A stretch of DNA of 64,000 bases from Eledone cirrhosa (taxonomy: Eukaryota). Shown in pieces: positions 28,341 to 42,589 of the stretch; within the stretch, counting starts at the first letter, position 1; each line of letters begins with the position of its first letter. The translations under genes and the position numbers were made by a program. The stretch spans positions 260,028,001-260,092,000 of the forward strand of contig OZ024741.1 in the NCBI GenBank assembly GCA_964016885.1. The letters run 5' to 3'. The notes below the pieces were generated by a model. The model did not search any database. It worked only from the letters and a program-made list of their open reading frames with translations, and had not been told where the DNA came from.

Positions 28341-29498
28341 TCGTAAATCGAAACACTCGTAAGCCGAAACACTCGTGAGCCGAAACACTCGTAAGTCGGA
28401 ACACTCGTAAGTCAGAACACTCGTAAGTCAGAACACTCGTAAGTTAGAACACTCGTAAGTCAGAACACTCGTAAGTCAGAACACTCGTAAGTCAGAACAC
28501 TCGTAAGTCGAAACACTCGTATCGAAACACTCGTATGTCAAAACACCAGTAAGTCAAAACACTCGTAAGTCGAAACACTCGTAAGCCGAAACACCGTAAG
28601 TCAAAACACTCGTAAGTCGAAACACTCGTAAGTCGAAACACTCGTAAGTCGAAACACTCGTAAGTCGAAACACTCGTAAGCCGAAACACTCGTAAGCCGA
28701 AACACTCGTAAGTCAGAACACTCATAAGTCAGAACACTCGTAAGTCAGAACACTCGTAAGTCGAAACACTCGTAAGCCGAAACACCGTAAGTCGAAACAC
28801 CCGTATGTCGAAACACTCGTAAGCCGAAACACTCTTAAGTCGAAACACTCATAAGCCGAAACACTCGTAAGTCGGAACACTCGTAAGTCGAAACACCCGT
28901 AAGTCGGAACACTCGTAAGTCGAAACACTCGTAAGTCGAAACACTCGTAAGCCGAAACACTCGTAAGCCGAAACACTCGTAAGTCGGAACACTCGTAAGT
29001 CGGAACACTCGTAAGTCAGAACACTCGTAAGTCAGAACACTCGTAAGTCAGAACACTCGTAAGTCAGAATACTCGTAAGTCGAAACACTCGTATCGAAAC
29101 ACTCGTATGTCAAAACACCCGTAAGTCAAAACACTCGTAAGTCGAAACACTCGTAAGTCGAAACACTCGTATGTCGAAACATCCGTAAATCAGAACACTC
29201 GTAAGTCGAAACACTCGTAAGCCGAAACACTCGTAAGTCGAAACACTCGTATCGAAACACTCGTAAGTCGAAACACCCTTAAGTCAAAACACTCGTAAGC
29301 CAAAACACTCGTAAGTCGAAACACTCGTAAGTCGGAACACTCGTAAGTCAGAACACTCGTAAGTCAGAACACTCGTAAGTGGAAACACGCGTAAGTCGAA
29401 AGACCCGTAAGTCAAAAATCTCGTAAGTCAAAACACTCGTAAGCCGAAACACTCGTAAGTCGAAACACTCGTAAGTCGAAACATTCGTAAAGCGAAAC

Positions 29499-29567
29499 GT
29501 ATAAATAAAGATTAATGTAATGAACTTGAAAAGCATAGATATTTGAAACCGCGTCTATTTGTTATTT
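29499..29567. repeat. 69-bp AT-rich spacer, subtype A
   Basis: GAACTTG and TAGATATT. Confidence 0.95.
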
Positions 29568-30665
29568 TCGTAAGTCGAAACACTCGTAAGTCAGAACACT
29601 CGTAAGTCAGAACACTCTTAAGTGAGAACACTCGTATCGAAACACTCGTATGTCAAAACACCCGTAAGTCAAAACACTCGTAAGTCGAAACACTCGTAAG
29701 TCGAAACACTCGTAAGCCGAAACAATCGTAAGTCAAAACACTCGTAAGTCGAAACACTCGTAAGCCGAAAATACTCGTAAGTCGGAACACCCGTAAGCCG
29801 AAACCCTCGTAGTTCGGAACACTCGTAAGTCGAAACACTCGTAAGTCGAAACACCCGTAAGTCGAAACACTCGTAAGTCGAAACACCCGTAAGTCGAAAC
29901 ATCCGTAAGACAAAACACTCGTATGTCGAAACACTCGTAAGCCGAGACACTCGTAAGTCGGAACACTCGCAAGTCAGAACACTCGTAAGTCAGAACACTC
30001 GTAAGTCGAAACACTCGTAAGTCGAAACACCCGTAAGTCGAAACGCCCGTAAGTCAAAACACTCGTATGTCGAAACACTCGCAAGCCGAAAAACCGTAAG
30101 TCAAAACACTCGTAAGTCGAAACACTCGTAAGTCGAAACACTCGTAAGCCGAAACACTCGTAAGCGAAAACATTCGTAAGTCGAAACACTCGTAACCCGA
30201 AACACTCGTAAGTCGAAACACTCGAAAGCCGAAACACTCGTAAGTCGAAACACTCATAAGCCGAAACACTCGTAAGTCGGAACACTCGTAAGTCAGAACA
30301 CCCGTAAGTCAGAACACTCGTAGTCAGAACACTCGTAAGTCGAAACACTCGTAAGCCGAAACACTCGCAAGTCGAAGCACTCGTAATCCGAAACACTCTT
30401 AAGTCGAAACACTCGTAAGTCAGAACACTCGTAAGTCGAAACACTCGTAAGCCGAAACATCCGTAAGTCAAAACATCCGTAAGTCAATACATTCGTAAGT
30501 CGAAACACCCGTAGTCGAAACACTCGCATGTCGAAACACTCGTAAGTCGAAACACGCGTAAGTCGAAACACATGTAAGTCAAAACACTCGTAAGTCAAAA
30601 CACTCGTAAGCCGAAACACTCGTGAGTCGAAACACTCGTAAGTTGAAACACTCGTAAAGCGAAAC

Positions 30666-30734
30666 GTATAAATAAAGATTAATGTAATGAATTTGAAAAG
30701 CATAGAGATTTGAAACCGCGTCTATTTGTTATTT
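30666..30734. repeat. 69-bp AT-rich spacer, subtype B
   Basis: GAATTTG and TAGAGATT. Confidence 0.95.
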
Positions 30735-32372
30735 TCGTAAGTCGAAACACTCGTAAGCCGAAGCACTCGTGAGCCGAAACACTCGTAAGTCGGAACACTC
30801 GTAAGTCAGAACACTCGTAAGTCAGAACACTCGTAAGTTAGAACACTCGTAAGTCAGAACACTCGTAAGTCAGAACACTCGTAAGTCAGAACACTCGTAA
30901 GTCGAAACACTCGTATCGAAACACTCGTATGTCAAAACAGCAGTAAGTCAAAACACTCGTAAGTCGAAACACTCGTAAGCCGAAACACCGTAAGTCAAAA
31001 CACTCGTAAGTCGAAACACTCGTAAGTCGAAACACTCGTAAGTCGAAACACTCGTAATCCGAAACACTCGTAAGCCGAAACACTCGTAAGTCGAAACACT
31101 CGTAAGTCGAAACACTCGTAAGCCGAAACACTCGTAAGCCGAAACACTCGTAAGTCGGAACACTCGTAAGTCAGAACACTCATAAGTCAGAACACTCGTA
31201 AGTCAGAACACTCGTAAGTCGAAACACTCGTAAGCCGAAACACCGTAAGTCGAAACACCCGTATGTCGAAACACTCGTAAGCCGAAACACTCTTAAGTCG
31301 AAACACTCATAAGCCGAAACACTCGTAAGTCGGAACACTCGTAAATCAGAACACCCGCAAGTCAGAGCACTCGTAAATCAGAACACTCTTAAGTCGAAAC
31401 TTACGTACGCCGAAACAATCGTAAGTCGAAACACTCGTAAGTCGAAACATCCTTAAGTCGAAACACTCGTACACCGAAACACTCGTAAGTATAAACATTA
31501 GTAAGTCGAAACACTCGTATGTCGAAACACTCGTAAACCGAAACACTCGTAAGTCGGAACACTCGTAAGTCAGAACACTCGTAAGTCAGAACACTCGTAA
31601 GTCGAAACACTCATAAGTCGAAACACTCGTAAGTCGAAACACCCGTAAGTCGAAACACCCGTAAGTCGAAACACTCGTATGTCGAATAACTCGTAAGCCG
31701 AAACACCGTAAGTCAAAACACTCGTAAGTCGAAACACTCGTAAGTCGAAACACCCATAAGCCGCACACTCGTAAGCCAAAACATTCGTAAGTCGAAACAC
31801 TCGTAAACCGAAACACTCGTAAGCCAAAACATTCGTAAGTCGGAACACTCGTAAGTCAGAACACTCATAAGTCAGAACACTCGTAAGTCAGAACACTCGT
31901 AAGTCGAAACACTCGTAAGCCGAAACACTCATAAGCCGAAACACTCGTAAGTCGGAACACTCGTAAGTCAGAACACCCGTAAGTCAGAACACTCGTAGTC
32001 AGAACACTCGTTAGTCGAAACACTCGTAAGCCGAAACACTCGCAAGTCGAAGCACTCGTAATCCGAAACACTCTTAAGTCGAAACACTCGTAAGTCGGAA
32101 GACTCGTAAGTCAGAACACTCGTAAGTCAGAACACTCGTAAGTCGAAACACTCGTAAGCCGAAACATCCGTAAGTCAAAACATCCGTAGGTCAAAACATT
32201 CGTAAGTCGAAACACCCGTAGTCGAAACACTCGCATGTCGAAACACTCGTAAGTCGAAACACGCGTAAGTCGAAACACATGTAAGTCAAAACACTCGTAA
32301 GTCAAAACACTCGTAAGCCGAAACACTCGTAAGTCGAAACACTCGTAAGTCGAAACACTCGTAAAGCGAAAC

Positions 32373-32441
32373 GTATAAATAAAGATTAATGTAATGAATT
32401 TGAAAAGCATAGAGATTTGAAACCGCGTCTATTTGTTATTT
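32373..32441. repeat. 69-bp AT-rich spacer, subtype B
   Basis: GAATTTG and TAGAGATT. Confidence 0.95.
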
Positions 32442-35186
32442 TCGTAAATCGAAACACTCGTAAGCCGAAACACTCGTGAGCCGAAACACTCGTAAGTCGG
32501 AACACTCGTAAGTCAGAACACTCGTAAGTCAGAACACTCGTAAGTTAGAACACTCGTAAGTCAGAACACTCGTAAGTCAGAACACTCGTAAGTCAGAACA
32601 CTCGTAAGTCGAAACACTCGTATCGAAACACTCGTATGTCAAAACACCAGTAAGTCAAAACACTCGTAAGTCGAAACACTCGTAAGCCGAAACACCGTAA
32701 GTCAAAACACTCGTAAGTCGAAACACTCGTAAGTCGAAACACTCGTAAGTCGAAACACTCGTAAGCCGAAACACTCGTAAGCCGAAACACTCGTAAGTCG
32801 GAACACTCGTAAGTCAGAACACTCATAAGTCAGAACACTCGTAAGTCAGAACACTCGTAAGTCGAAACACTCGTAAGCCGAAACACCGTAAGTCGAAACA
32901 CCCGTATGTCGAAACACTCGTAAGCCGAAACACTCTTAAGTCGAAACACTCATAAGCCGAAACACTCGTAAGTCGGAACACTCGTAAATCAGAACACCCG
33001 CAAGTCAGAACACTCGTAAATCAGAACACTCTTAAGTCGAAACTCACGTACGCCGAAACACTCGTAAGTCGAAACACTCGTAAGTCGAAACATCCTTAAG
33101 TCGAAACACTCGTACACCGAAACACTCGTAAGTATAAACATTAGTAAGTCGAAACACTCGTATGTCGAAACACTCGTAAACCGAAACACTCGTAAGTCGG
33201 AACACTCGTAAGTCAGAACACTCGTAAGTCAGAACACTCGTAAGTCGAAACACTCATAAGTCGAAACACTCGTAAGTCGAAACACCCGTAAGTCGAAACA
33301 CCCGTAAGTCGAAACACTCGTATGTCGAATAACTCGTAAGCCGAAACACTCGTAAGCCAAAACATTCGTAAGTCGAAACACTCGTAAACCGAAACACTCG
33401 TAAGCCAAAACATTCGTAAGTCGAAACACTCGTAAGTCGAAACACCCATAGCCGAAACACTTGTAAGTCTGAACACACGTAAGTCAGAACACACGTAAGT
33501 CAGAACACTCGTAAGTCAGAACACTCGTAAGTCAGAACACTCGTAAGTCAGAGCACTCGTATCGAAACACTCGTATGTCAAAACACCCGTAAGTCAAAAC
33601 ACTCGTAAGTCGAAACACTCGTAAGCCGAAACACCGTAAGCCAAAACACTCGTAAGTCGAAACATCCGTAAGTCGGAACACTCGTAAGTCGAAACACTCG
33701 TAAGTCGAAACACTCGTAAGCCGAAACACTCGTAAGCCGAAACACTCGTAAGTCAGAACACTCGTAAGTCAGAACACTCGTAAGTCAGAACACTCGTAAG
33801 TCAGAACACTCGTAAGTCGAAACACTCGTATCGAAACACTCGTATGTCAAAACACCCGTAAGTCAAAACACTCGTAAGTCGAAACACTCGTAAGTCGAAA
33901 CATTCGTATGTCGAAACATCCGTAAATCAGAACACTCATAAGTCGAAACACTCGTAAGTCGAAACACTCGTAAGCCGAAACACTCGTAAGTCGAAGCACT
34001 CGTATCGAAACACTCGTAAGTCGAAACACCCTTAAGTCAAAACACTCGTAAGCCAAAACACTCGTAAGTCGAAACACTCGTAAGTCGGAACACTCGTAAG
34101 TCAGAACACTCGTAAGTCAGAACACTCGTAAGTGGAAACACGCGTAAGTCGAAACAGTCATAAGTCGAAACACTCGTAAGTCGAAACACCCGTAAGTCGA
34201 AACACCCGTAAGTCGAAACACTCGTATGTCGAATAACTCGTAAGCCGAAACACCGTAAGTCAAAACACTCGTAAGTCGAAACACTCGTAAGTCGAAACAC
34301 CCATAAGCCGAAACACTCGTAAGCCAAAACATTCGTAAGTCGAAACACTCGTAAGTCGAAACACCCATAGCCGAAACACTCGTAAGTCTGAACACACGTA
34401 AGTCAGAACAGCCGTAAGTCAGAACACTCGTAAGTCAGAACACTCGTAAGTCAGAACACTCGTAAGTCAGAGCACTCGTATCGAAACACTCGTATGTCAA
34501 AACACCCGTAAGTCAAAACACTCGTAAGTCGAAACACTCGTAAGCCGAAACACCGTAAGCCAAAACACTCGTAAGTCGAAACACCCGTAAGTCGGAACAC
34601 TCGTAAGTCGAAACACTCGTAAGTCGAAACACTCGTAAGCCGAAACACTCGTAAGCCGAAACACTCGTAAGTCGGAACACTCGTAAGTCGGAACACTCGT
34701 AAGTCAGAACACTCGTAAGTCAGAACACTCGTAAGTCAGAACACTCGTAAGTCGAAACACTCGTATCGAAACACTCGTATGTCAAAACACCCGTAAGTCA
34801 AAACACTCGTAAGTCGAAACACTCGTAAGTCGAAACACTCGTATGTCGAAACATCCGTAAATCAGAACACTCGTAAGTCGAAACACTCGTAAGTCGAAAC
34901 ACTCGTAAGCCGAAACACTCGTAAGTCGAAGCACTCGTATCGAAACACTCGTAAGTCGAAACACCCTTAAGTCAAAACACTCGTAAGCCAAAACACTCGT
35001 AAGTCGAAACACTCGTAAGTCGGAACACTCGTAAGTCAGAACACTCGTAAGTCAGAACACTCGTAAGTGGAAACACGCGTAAGTCGAAAGACCCGTAAGT
35101 CAAAAATCTCGTAAGTCAAAACACTCGTAAGCCGAAACACTCGTAAGTCGAAACACTCGTAAGTCGAAACATTCGTAAAGCGAAAC

Positions 35187-35255
35187 GTATAAATAAAGAT
35201 TAATGTAATGAACTTGAAAAGCATAGATATTTGAAACCGCGTCTATTTGTTATTT
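35187..35255. repeat. 69-bp AT-rich spacer, subtype A
   Basis: GAACTTG and TAGATATT. Confidence 0.95.
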
Positions 35256-36383
35256 TCGTAAGTCGAAACACTCGTAAGTCAGAACACTCGTAAGTCAGAA
35301 CACTCTTAAGTCAGAACACTCGTATCGAAACACGTATGTCAAAACACCCGTAAGTCAAAACACTCGTAAGTCGAAACACTCGTAAGTCGAAACACTCGTA
35401 AGCCGAAACAATCGTAAGTCAAAACACTCGTAAGTCGAAACACTCGTAAGCCGAAAATACTCGTAAGTCGGAACACCCGTAAGCCGAAACCCTCGTAGGT
35501 CGGAACACTCGTAAGTCGAAACACTCGTAAGTCGAAACACCCGTAAGTCGAAACACTCGTAAGTCGAAACACCCGTAAGTCGAAACATCCGTAAGTCAAA
35601 ACACTCGTATGTCGAAACACTCGTAAGCCGAAACACTCGTAAGTCGGAACACTCGCAAGTCAGAACACTCGTAAGTCAGAACACTCGTAAGTCGAAACAC
35701 TCGTAAGTCGAAACACCCGTAAGTCGAAACGCCCGTAAGTCAAAACACTCGTATGTCGAAACACTCGCAAGCCGAAAAACCGTAAGTCAAAACACTCGTA
35801 AGTCGAAACACTCGTAAATCGAAACACTCGTAAGCCGAAACACTCGTAAGCGAAAACATTCGTTAGTCGAAACACTCGTATCCCGAAACACTCGTAAGTC
35901 GAAACACTCGAAAGCCGAAACACTCGTAAGTCGAAACACTCATAAGCCGAAACACTCGTAAGTCGGAACACTCGTAAGTCAGAACACCCGTAAATCAGAA
36001 CACTCGTAGTCAGAACACTCGTAAGTCGAAACACTCGTAAGCCGAAACACTCGCAAGTCGAAGCACTCGTAATCCGAAACACTCTTAAGTCGAAACACTC
36101 GTAAGTCGGAACACTCGTAAGTCAGAACACTCGTAAGTCAGAACACTCGTAAGTCGAAACACTCGTAAGCCGAAACATCCGTAAGTCAAAACATCCGTAA
36201 GTCAAAACATTCGTAAGTCGAAACACCCGTAGTCGAAACACTCGCAAGTCGAAACACTCGTAAGTCGAAACACGCGTAAGTCGAAACACATGTAAGTCAA
36301 AACACTCGTAAGTCAAAACACTCGTAAGCCGAAACACTCGTAAGTCGAAACACTCGTAAGTCGAAACACTCGTAAAGCGAAAC

Positions 36384-36452
36384 GTATAAATAAATATTAA
36401 TGTAATGAATTTGAAAAGCATAGAGATTTGAAACCGCGTCTATTTGTTATTT
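36384..36452. repeat. 69-bp AT-rich spacer, subtype B (TAAATATTA variant)
   Basis: GAATTTG, TAGAGATT, AATAAATATT. Confidence 0.95.
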
Positions 36453-37260
36453 TCGTAAGTCGAAACACTCGTAAGCCGAAACACTCGTGAGCCGAAACAC
36501 TCGTAAGTCGGAACACTCGTAAGTCAGAACACTCGTAAGTCAGAACACTCGTAAGTTAGAACACTCGTAAGTCAGAACACTCGTAAGTCAGAACACTCGT
36601 AAGTCGAAACACTCGTATCGAAACACTCGTATGTCAAAACACCCGTAAGTCAAAACACTCGTAAGTCGAAACACTCGTAAGTCGAAACACTCGTAAGCCG
36701 AAACACTCGTAAGCCGAAACACTCGTAAGTCGGAACACTAGTAAGTCGGAACACTCGTAAGTCAGAACACTCGTAGGTCAGAACACTCGTAAGTCACAAC
36801 ACTCGTAAGTCAGAACACTCGTAAGTCGAAACACTCGTATCGAAACACTCGTATGTCAAAACACCCGTAAGTCAAAACACTCGTAAGTCGAAACACTCGT
36901 AAGTCGAAACACTCGTATGTCGAAACATCCGTAAATCAGAACACTCGTAAGTCGAAACACTCGTAAGTCGAAACACTCGTAAGCCGAAACACTCGTAAGT
37001 CGAAGCACTCGTATCGAAACACTCGTAAGTCGAAACACCCTTAAGTCAAAACACTCGTAAGCCAAAACACTCGTAAGTCGAAACACTCGTAAGTCGGAAC
37101 ACTCGTAAGTCAGAACACTCGTAAGTCAGAACACTCGTAAGTGGAAACACGCGTAAGTCGAAAGACCCGTAAGTCAAAAATCTCGTAAGTCAAAACACTC
37201 GTAAGCCGAAACACTCGTAAGTCGAAACACTCGTAAGTCGAAACATTCGTAAAGCGAAAC

Positions 37261-37329
37261 GTATAAATAAAGATTAATGTAATGAACTTGAAAAGCATAG
37301 ATATTTGAAACCGCGTCTATTTGTTATTT
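37261..37329. repeat. 69-bp AT-rich spacer, subtype A
   Basis: GAACTTG and TAGATATT. Confidence 0.95.
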
Positions 37330-39265
37330 TCGTAAGTCGAAACACTCGTAAGTCAGAACACTCGTAAGTCAGAACACTCGTATCGAAACACGTATGTCAA
37401 AACACCCGTAAGTCAAAACACTCGTAAGTCGAAACACACGTAAGTCGAAACACTCGTAAGCCGAAACAATCGTAAGTCAAAACACTCGTAAGTCGAAACA
37501 CTCGTAAGCCGAAAATACTCGTAAGTCGGAACACCCGTAAGCCGAAACCCTCGTAGGTCGGAACACTCGTAAGTCGAAACACTCTTAAGTCGAAACACCC
37601 GTAAGTCGAAACACTCGTAAGTCGAAACACCCGTAAGTCGAAACATCCGTAAGTCAAAACACTCGTATGTCGAAACACTCGTAAGCCGAAACACTCGTAA
37701 GTCGGAACACTCGCAAGTCAGAACACTCGTAAGTCAGAACACTCGTAAGTCGAAACACTCGTAAGTCGAAACACCCGTAAGTCGAAACGCCCGTAAGTCA
37801 AAACACTCGTATGTCGAAACACTCGCAAGCCGAAAAACCGTAAGTCAAAACACTCGTAAGTCGAAACACTCGTAAATCGAAACACTCGTAAGCCGAAACA
37901 CTCGTAAGCGAAAACATTCGTTAGTCGAAACACTCGTAACCCGAAACACTCGTAAGTCGAAACACTCGAAAGCCGAAACACTCGTAAGTCGAAACACTCA
38001 TAAGCCGAAACACTCGTAAGTCGGAACACTCGTAAGTCAGAACACCCGTAAATCAGAACACTCGTAGTCAGAACACTCGTAAGTCGAAACACTCGTAAGC
38101 CGAAACACTCGCAAGTCGAAGCACTCGTAATCCGAAACACTCTTAAGTCGAAACACTCGTAAGTCGGAACACTCGTAAGTCAGAACACTCGTAAGTCAGA
38201 ACACTCGTAAGTGGAAACACGCGTAAGTCGAAACAGTCATAAGTCGAAACACTCGTAAGTCGAAACACCCGTAAGTCGAAACACCCGTAAGTCGAAACAC
38301 TCGTATGTCGAATAACTCGTAAGCCGAAACACCGTAAGTCAAAACACTCGTAAGTCGAAACACTCGTAAGTCGAAACACCCATAAGCCGAAACACTCGTA
38401 AGCCAAAACATTCGTAAGTCGAAACACTCGTAAGTCGAAACACCCATAGCCGAAACACTCGTAAGTCTGAACACACGTAAGTCAGAACAGCCGTAAGTCA
38501 GAACACTCGTAAGTCAGAACACTCGTAAGTCAGAACACTCGTAAGTCAGAGCACTCGTATCGAAACACTCGTATGTCAAAACACCCGTAAGTCAAAACAC
38601 TCGTAAGTCGAAACACTCGTAAGCCGAAACACCGTAAGCCAAAACACTCGTAAGTCGAAACACCCGTAAGTCGGAACACTCGTAAGTCGAAACACTCGTA
38701 AGTCGAAACACTCGTAAGCCGAAACACTCGTAAGCCGAAACACTCGTAAGTCGGAACACTCGTAAGTCGGAACACTCGTAAGTCAGAACACTCGTAAGTC
38801 AGAACACTCGTAAGTCAGAACACTCGTAAGTCGAAACACTCGTATCGAAACACTCGTATGTCAAAACACCCGTAAGTCAAAACACTCGTAAGTCGAAACA
38901 CTCGTAAGTCGAAACACTCGTATGTCGAAACATCCGTAAATCAGAACACTCGTAAGTCGAAACACTCGTAAGTCGAAACACTCGTAAGCCGAAACACTCG
39001 TAAGTCGAAGCACTCGTATCGAAACACTCGTAAGTCGAAACACCCTTAAGTCAAAACACTCGTAAGCCAAAACACTCGTAAGTCGAAACACTCGTAAGTC
39101 GGAACACTCGTAAGTCAGAACACTCGTAAGTCAGAACACTCGTAAGTGGAAACACGCGTAAGTCGAAAGACCCGTAAGTCAAAAATCTCGTAAGTCAAAA
39201 CACTCGTAAGCCGAAACACTCGTAAGTCGAAACACTCGTAAGTCGAAACATTCGTAAAGCGAAAC

Positions 39266-39334
39266 GTATAAATAAAGATTAATGTAATGAACTTGAAAAG
39301 CATAGATATTTGAAACCGCGTCTATTTGTTATTT
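39266..39334. repeat. 69-bp AT-rich spacer, subtype A
   Basis: GAACTTG and TAGATATT. Confidence 0.95.
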
Positions 39335-40462
39335 TCGTAAGTCGAAACACTCGTAAGTCAGAACACTCGTAAGTCAGAACACTCTTAAGTCAGAACACTC
39401 GTATCGAAACACGTATGTCAAAACACCCGTAAGTCAAAACACTCGTAAGTCGAAACACTCGTAAGTCGAAACACTCGTAAGCCGAAACAATCGTAAGTCA
39501 AAACACTCGTAAGTCGAAACACTCGTAAGCCGAAAATACTCGTAAGTCGGAACACCCGTAAGCCGAAACCCTCGTAGGTCGGAACACTCGTAAGTCGAAA
39601 CACTCGTAAGTCGAAACACCCGTAAGTCGAAACACTCGTAAGTCGAAACACCCGTAAGTCGAAACATCCGTAAGTCAAAACACTCGTATGTCGAAACACT
39701 CGTAAGCCGAAACACTCGTAAGTCGGAACACTCGCAAGTCAGAACACTCGTAAGTCAGAACACTCGTAAGTCGAAACACTCGTAAGTCGAAACACCCGTA
39801 AGTCGAAACGCCCGTAAGTCAAAACACTCGTATGTCGAAACACTCGCAAGCCGAAAAACCGTAAGTCAAAACACTCGTAAGTCGAAACACTCGTAAATCG
39901 AAACACTCGTAAGCCGAAACACTCGTAAGCGAAAACATTCGTTAGTCGAAACACTCGTATCCCGAAACACTCGTAAGTCGAAACACTCGAAAGCCGAAAC
40001 ACTCGTAAGTCGAAACACTCATAAGCCGAAACACTCGTAAGTCGGAACACTCGTAAGTCAGAACACCCGTAAATCAGAACACTCGTAGTCAGAACACTCG
40101 TAAGTCGAAACACTCGTAAGCCGAAACACTCGCAAGTCGAAGCACTCGTAATCCGAAACACTCTTAAGTCGAAACACTCGTAAGTCGGAACACTCGTAAG
40201 TCAGAACACTCGTAAGTCAGAACACTCGTAAGTCGAAACACTCGTAAGCCGAAACATCCGTAAGTCAAAACATCCGTAAGTCAAAACATTCGTAAGTCGA
40301 AACACCCGTAGTCGAAACACTCGCAAGTCGAAACACTCGTAAGTCGAAACACGCGTAAGTCGAAACACATGTAAGTCAAAACACTCGTAAGTCAAAACAC
40401 TCGTAAGCCGAAACACTCGTAAGTCGAAACACTCGTAAGTCGAAACACTCGTAAAGCGAAAC

Positions 40463-40531
40463 GTATAAATAAATATTAATGTAATGAATTTGAAAAGCAT
40501 AGAGATTTGAAACCGCGTCTATTTGTTATTT
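40463..40531. repeat. 69-bp AT-rich spacer, subtype B (TAAATATTA variant)
   Basis: GAATTTG, TAGAGATT, AATAAATATT. Confidence 0.95.
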
Positions 40532-41339
40532 TCGTAAGTCGAAACACTCGTAAGCCGAAACACTCGTGAGCCGAAACACTCGTAAGTCGGAACACTCGTA
40601 AGTCAGAACACTCGTAAGTCAGAACACTCGTAAGTTAGAACACTCGTAAGTCAGAACACTCGTAAGTCAGAACACTCGTAAGTCGAAACACTCGTATCGA
40701 AACACTCGTATGTCAAAACACCCGTAAGTCAAAACACTCGTAAGTCGAAACACTCGTAAGTCGAAACACTCGTAAGCCGAAACACTCGTAAGCCGAAACA
40801 CTCGTAAGTCGGAACACTAGTAAGTCGGAACACTCGTAAGTCAGAACACTCGTAGGTCAGAACACTCGTAAGTCACAACACTCGTAAGTCAGAACACTCG
40901 TAAGTCGAAACACTCGTATCGAAACACTCGTATGTCAAAACACCCGTAAGTCAAAACACTCGTAAGTCGAAACACTCGTAAGTCGAAACACTCGTATGTC
41001 GAAACATCCGTAAATCAGAACACTCGTAAGTCGAAACACTCGTAAGTCGAAACACTCGTAAGCCGAAACACTCGTAAGTCGAAGCACTCGTATCGAAACA
41101 CTCGTAAGTCGAAACACCCTTAAGTCAAAACACTCGTAAGCCAAAACACTCGTAAGTCGAAACACTCGTAAGTCGGAACACTCGTAAGTCAGAACACTCG
41201 TAAGTCAGAACACTCGTAAGTGGAAACACGCGTAAGTCGAAAGACCCGTAAGTCAAAAATCTCGTAAGTCAAAACACTCGTAAGCCGAAACACTCGTAAG
41301 TCGAAACACTCGTAAGTCGAAACATTCGTAAAGCGAAAC

Positions 41340-41408
41340 GTATAAATAAAGATTAATGTAATGAACTTGAAAAGCATAGATATTTGAAACCGCGTCTATT
41401 TGTTATTT
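41340..41408. repeat. 69-bp AT-rich spacer, subtype A
   Basis: GAACTTG and TAGATATT. Confidence 0.95.
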
Positions 41409-42520
41409 TCGTAAGTCGAAACACTCGTAAGTCAGAACACTCGTAAGTCAGAACACTCGTATCGAAACACGTATGTCAAAACACCCGTAAGTCAAAACAC
41501 TCGTAAGTCGAAACACACGTAAGTCGAAACACTCGTAAGCCGAAACAATCGTAAGTCAAAACACTCGTAAGTCGAAACACTCGTAAGCCGAAAATACTCG
41601 TAAGTCGGAACACCCGTAAGCCGAAACCCTCGTAGGTCGGAACACTCGTAAGTCGAAACACTCTTAAGTCGAAACACCCGTAAGTCGAAACACTCGTAAG
41701 TCGAAACACCCGTAAGTCGAAACATCCGTAAGTCAAAACACTCGTATGTCGAAACACTCGTAAGCCGAAACACTCGTAAGTCGGAACACTCGCAAGTCAG
41801 AACACTCGTAAGTCAGAACACTCGTAAGTCGAAACACTCGTAAGTCGAAACACCCGTAAGTCGAAACGCCCGTAAGTCAAAACACTCGTATGTCGAAACA
41901 CTCGCAAGCCGAAAAACCGTAAGTCAAAACACTCGTAAGTCGAAACACTCGTAAATCGAAACACTCGTAAGCCGAAACACTCGTAAGCGAAAACATTCGT
42001 TAGTCGAAACACTCGTAACCCGAAACACTCGTAAGTCGAAACACTCGAAAGCCGAAACACTCGTAAGTCGAAACACTCATAAGCCGAAACACTCGTAAGT
42101 CGGAACACTCGTAAGTCAGAACACCCGTAAATCAGAACACTCGTAGTCAGAACACTCGTAAGTCGAAACACTCGTAAGCCGAAACACTCGCAAGTCGAAG
42201 CACTCGTAATCCGAAACACTCTTAAGTCGAAACACTCGTAAGTCGGAACACTCGTAAGTCAGAACACTCGTAAGTCAGAACACTCGTAAGTCGAAACACT
42301 CGTAAGCCGAAACATCCGTAAGTCAAAACATCCGTAAGTCAAAACATTCGTAAGTCGAAACACCCGTAGTCGAAACACTCGCAAGTCGAAACACTCGTAA
42401 GTCGAAACACGCGTAAGTCGAAACACATGTAAGTCAAAACACTCGTAAGTCAAAACACTCGTAAGCCGAAACACTCGTAAGTCGAAACACTCGTAAGTCG
42501 AAACACTCGTAAAGCGAAAC

Positions 42521-42589
42521 GTATCAATAAAGATTAATGTAATGAATTTGAAAAGCATAGAGATTTGAAACCGCGTCTATTTGTTATTT
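42521..42589. repeat. 69-bp AT-rich spacer, subtype B (GTATCAAT variant)
   Basis: GAATTTG and TAGAGATT. Confidence 0.95.

Larger units (their letters stand above)
20000..33000 (+). repeat. Three tandem copies of a higher-order repeat of about 4.43 kb (third copy internally shortened)
   Basis: ORF sets 20466/24899/29348, 21092/25525/29974 and 22464/26897/31346 give offsets 4433 and 4449. The last part, 23577/28010/32111, is shortened to 4101. Private markers are GTGAGAAC, CCGAGACAC, GTCGGAAGAC and AAAACAGCAG. Confidence 0.88.
34065..42280 (+). repeat. Tandem duplication with a 4079-bp period
   Basis: ORF pairs 34117->38196, 35036->39115, 36122->40201 and 37718->41797 are all +4079. Private markers are AAACAGTCAT, GGAACACTAGTAAG and GTCACAACAC. 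Confidence 0.88.
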
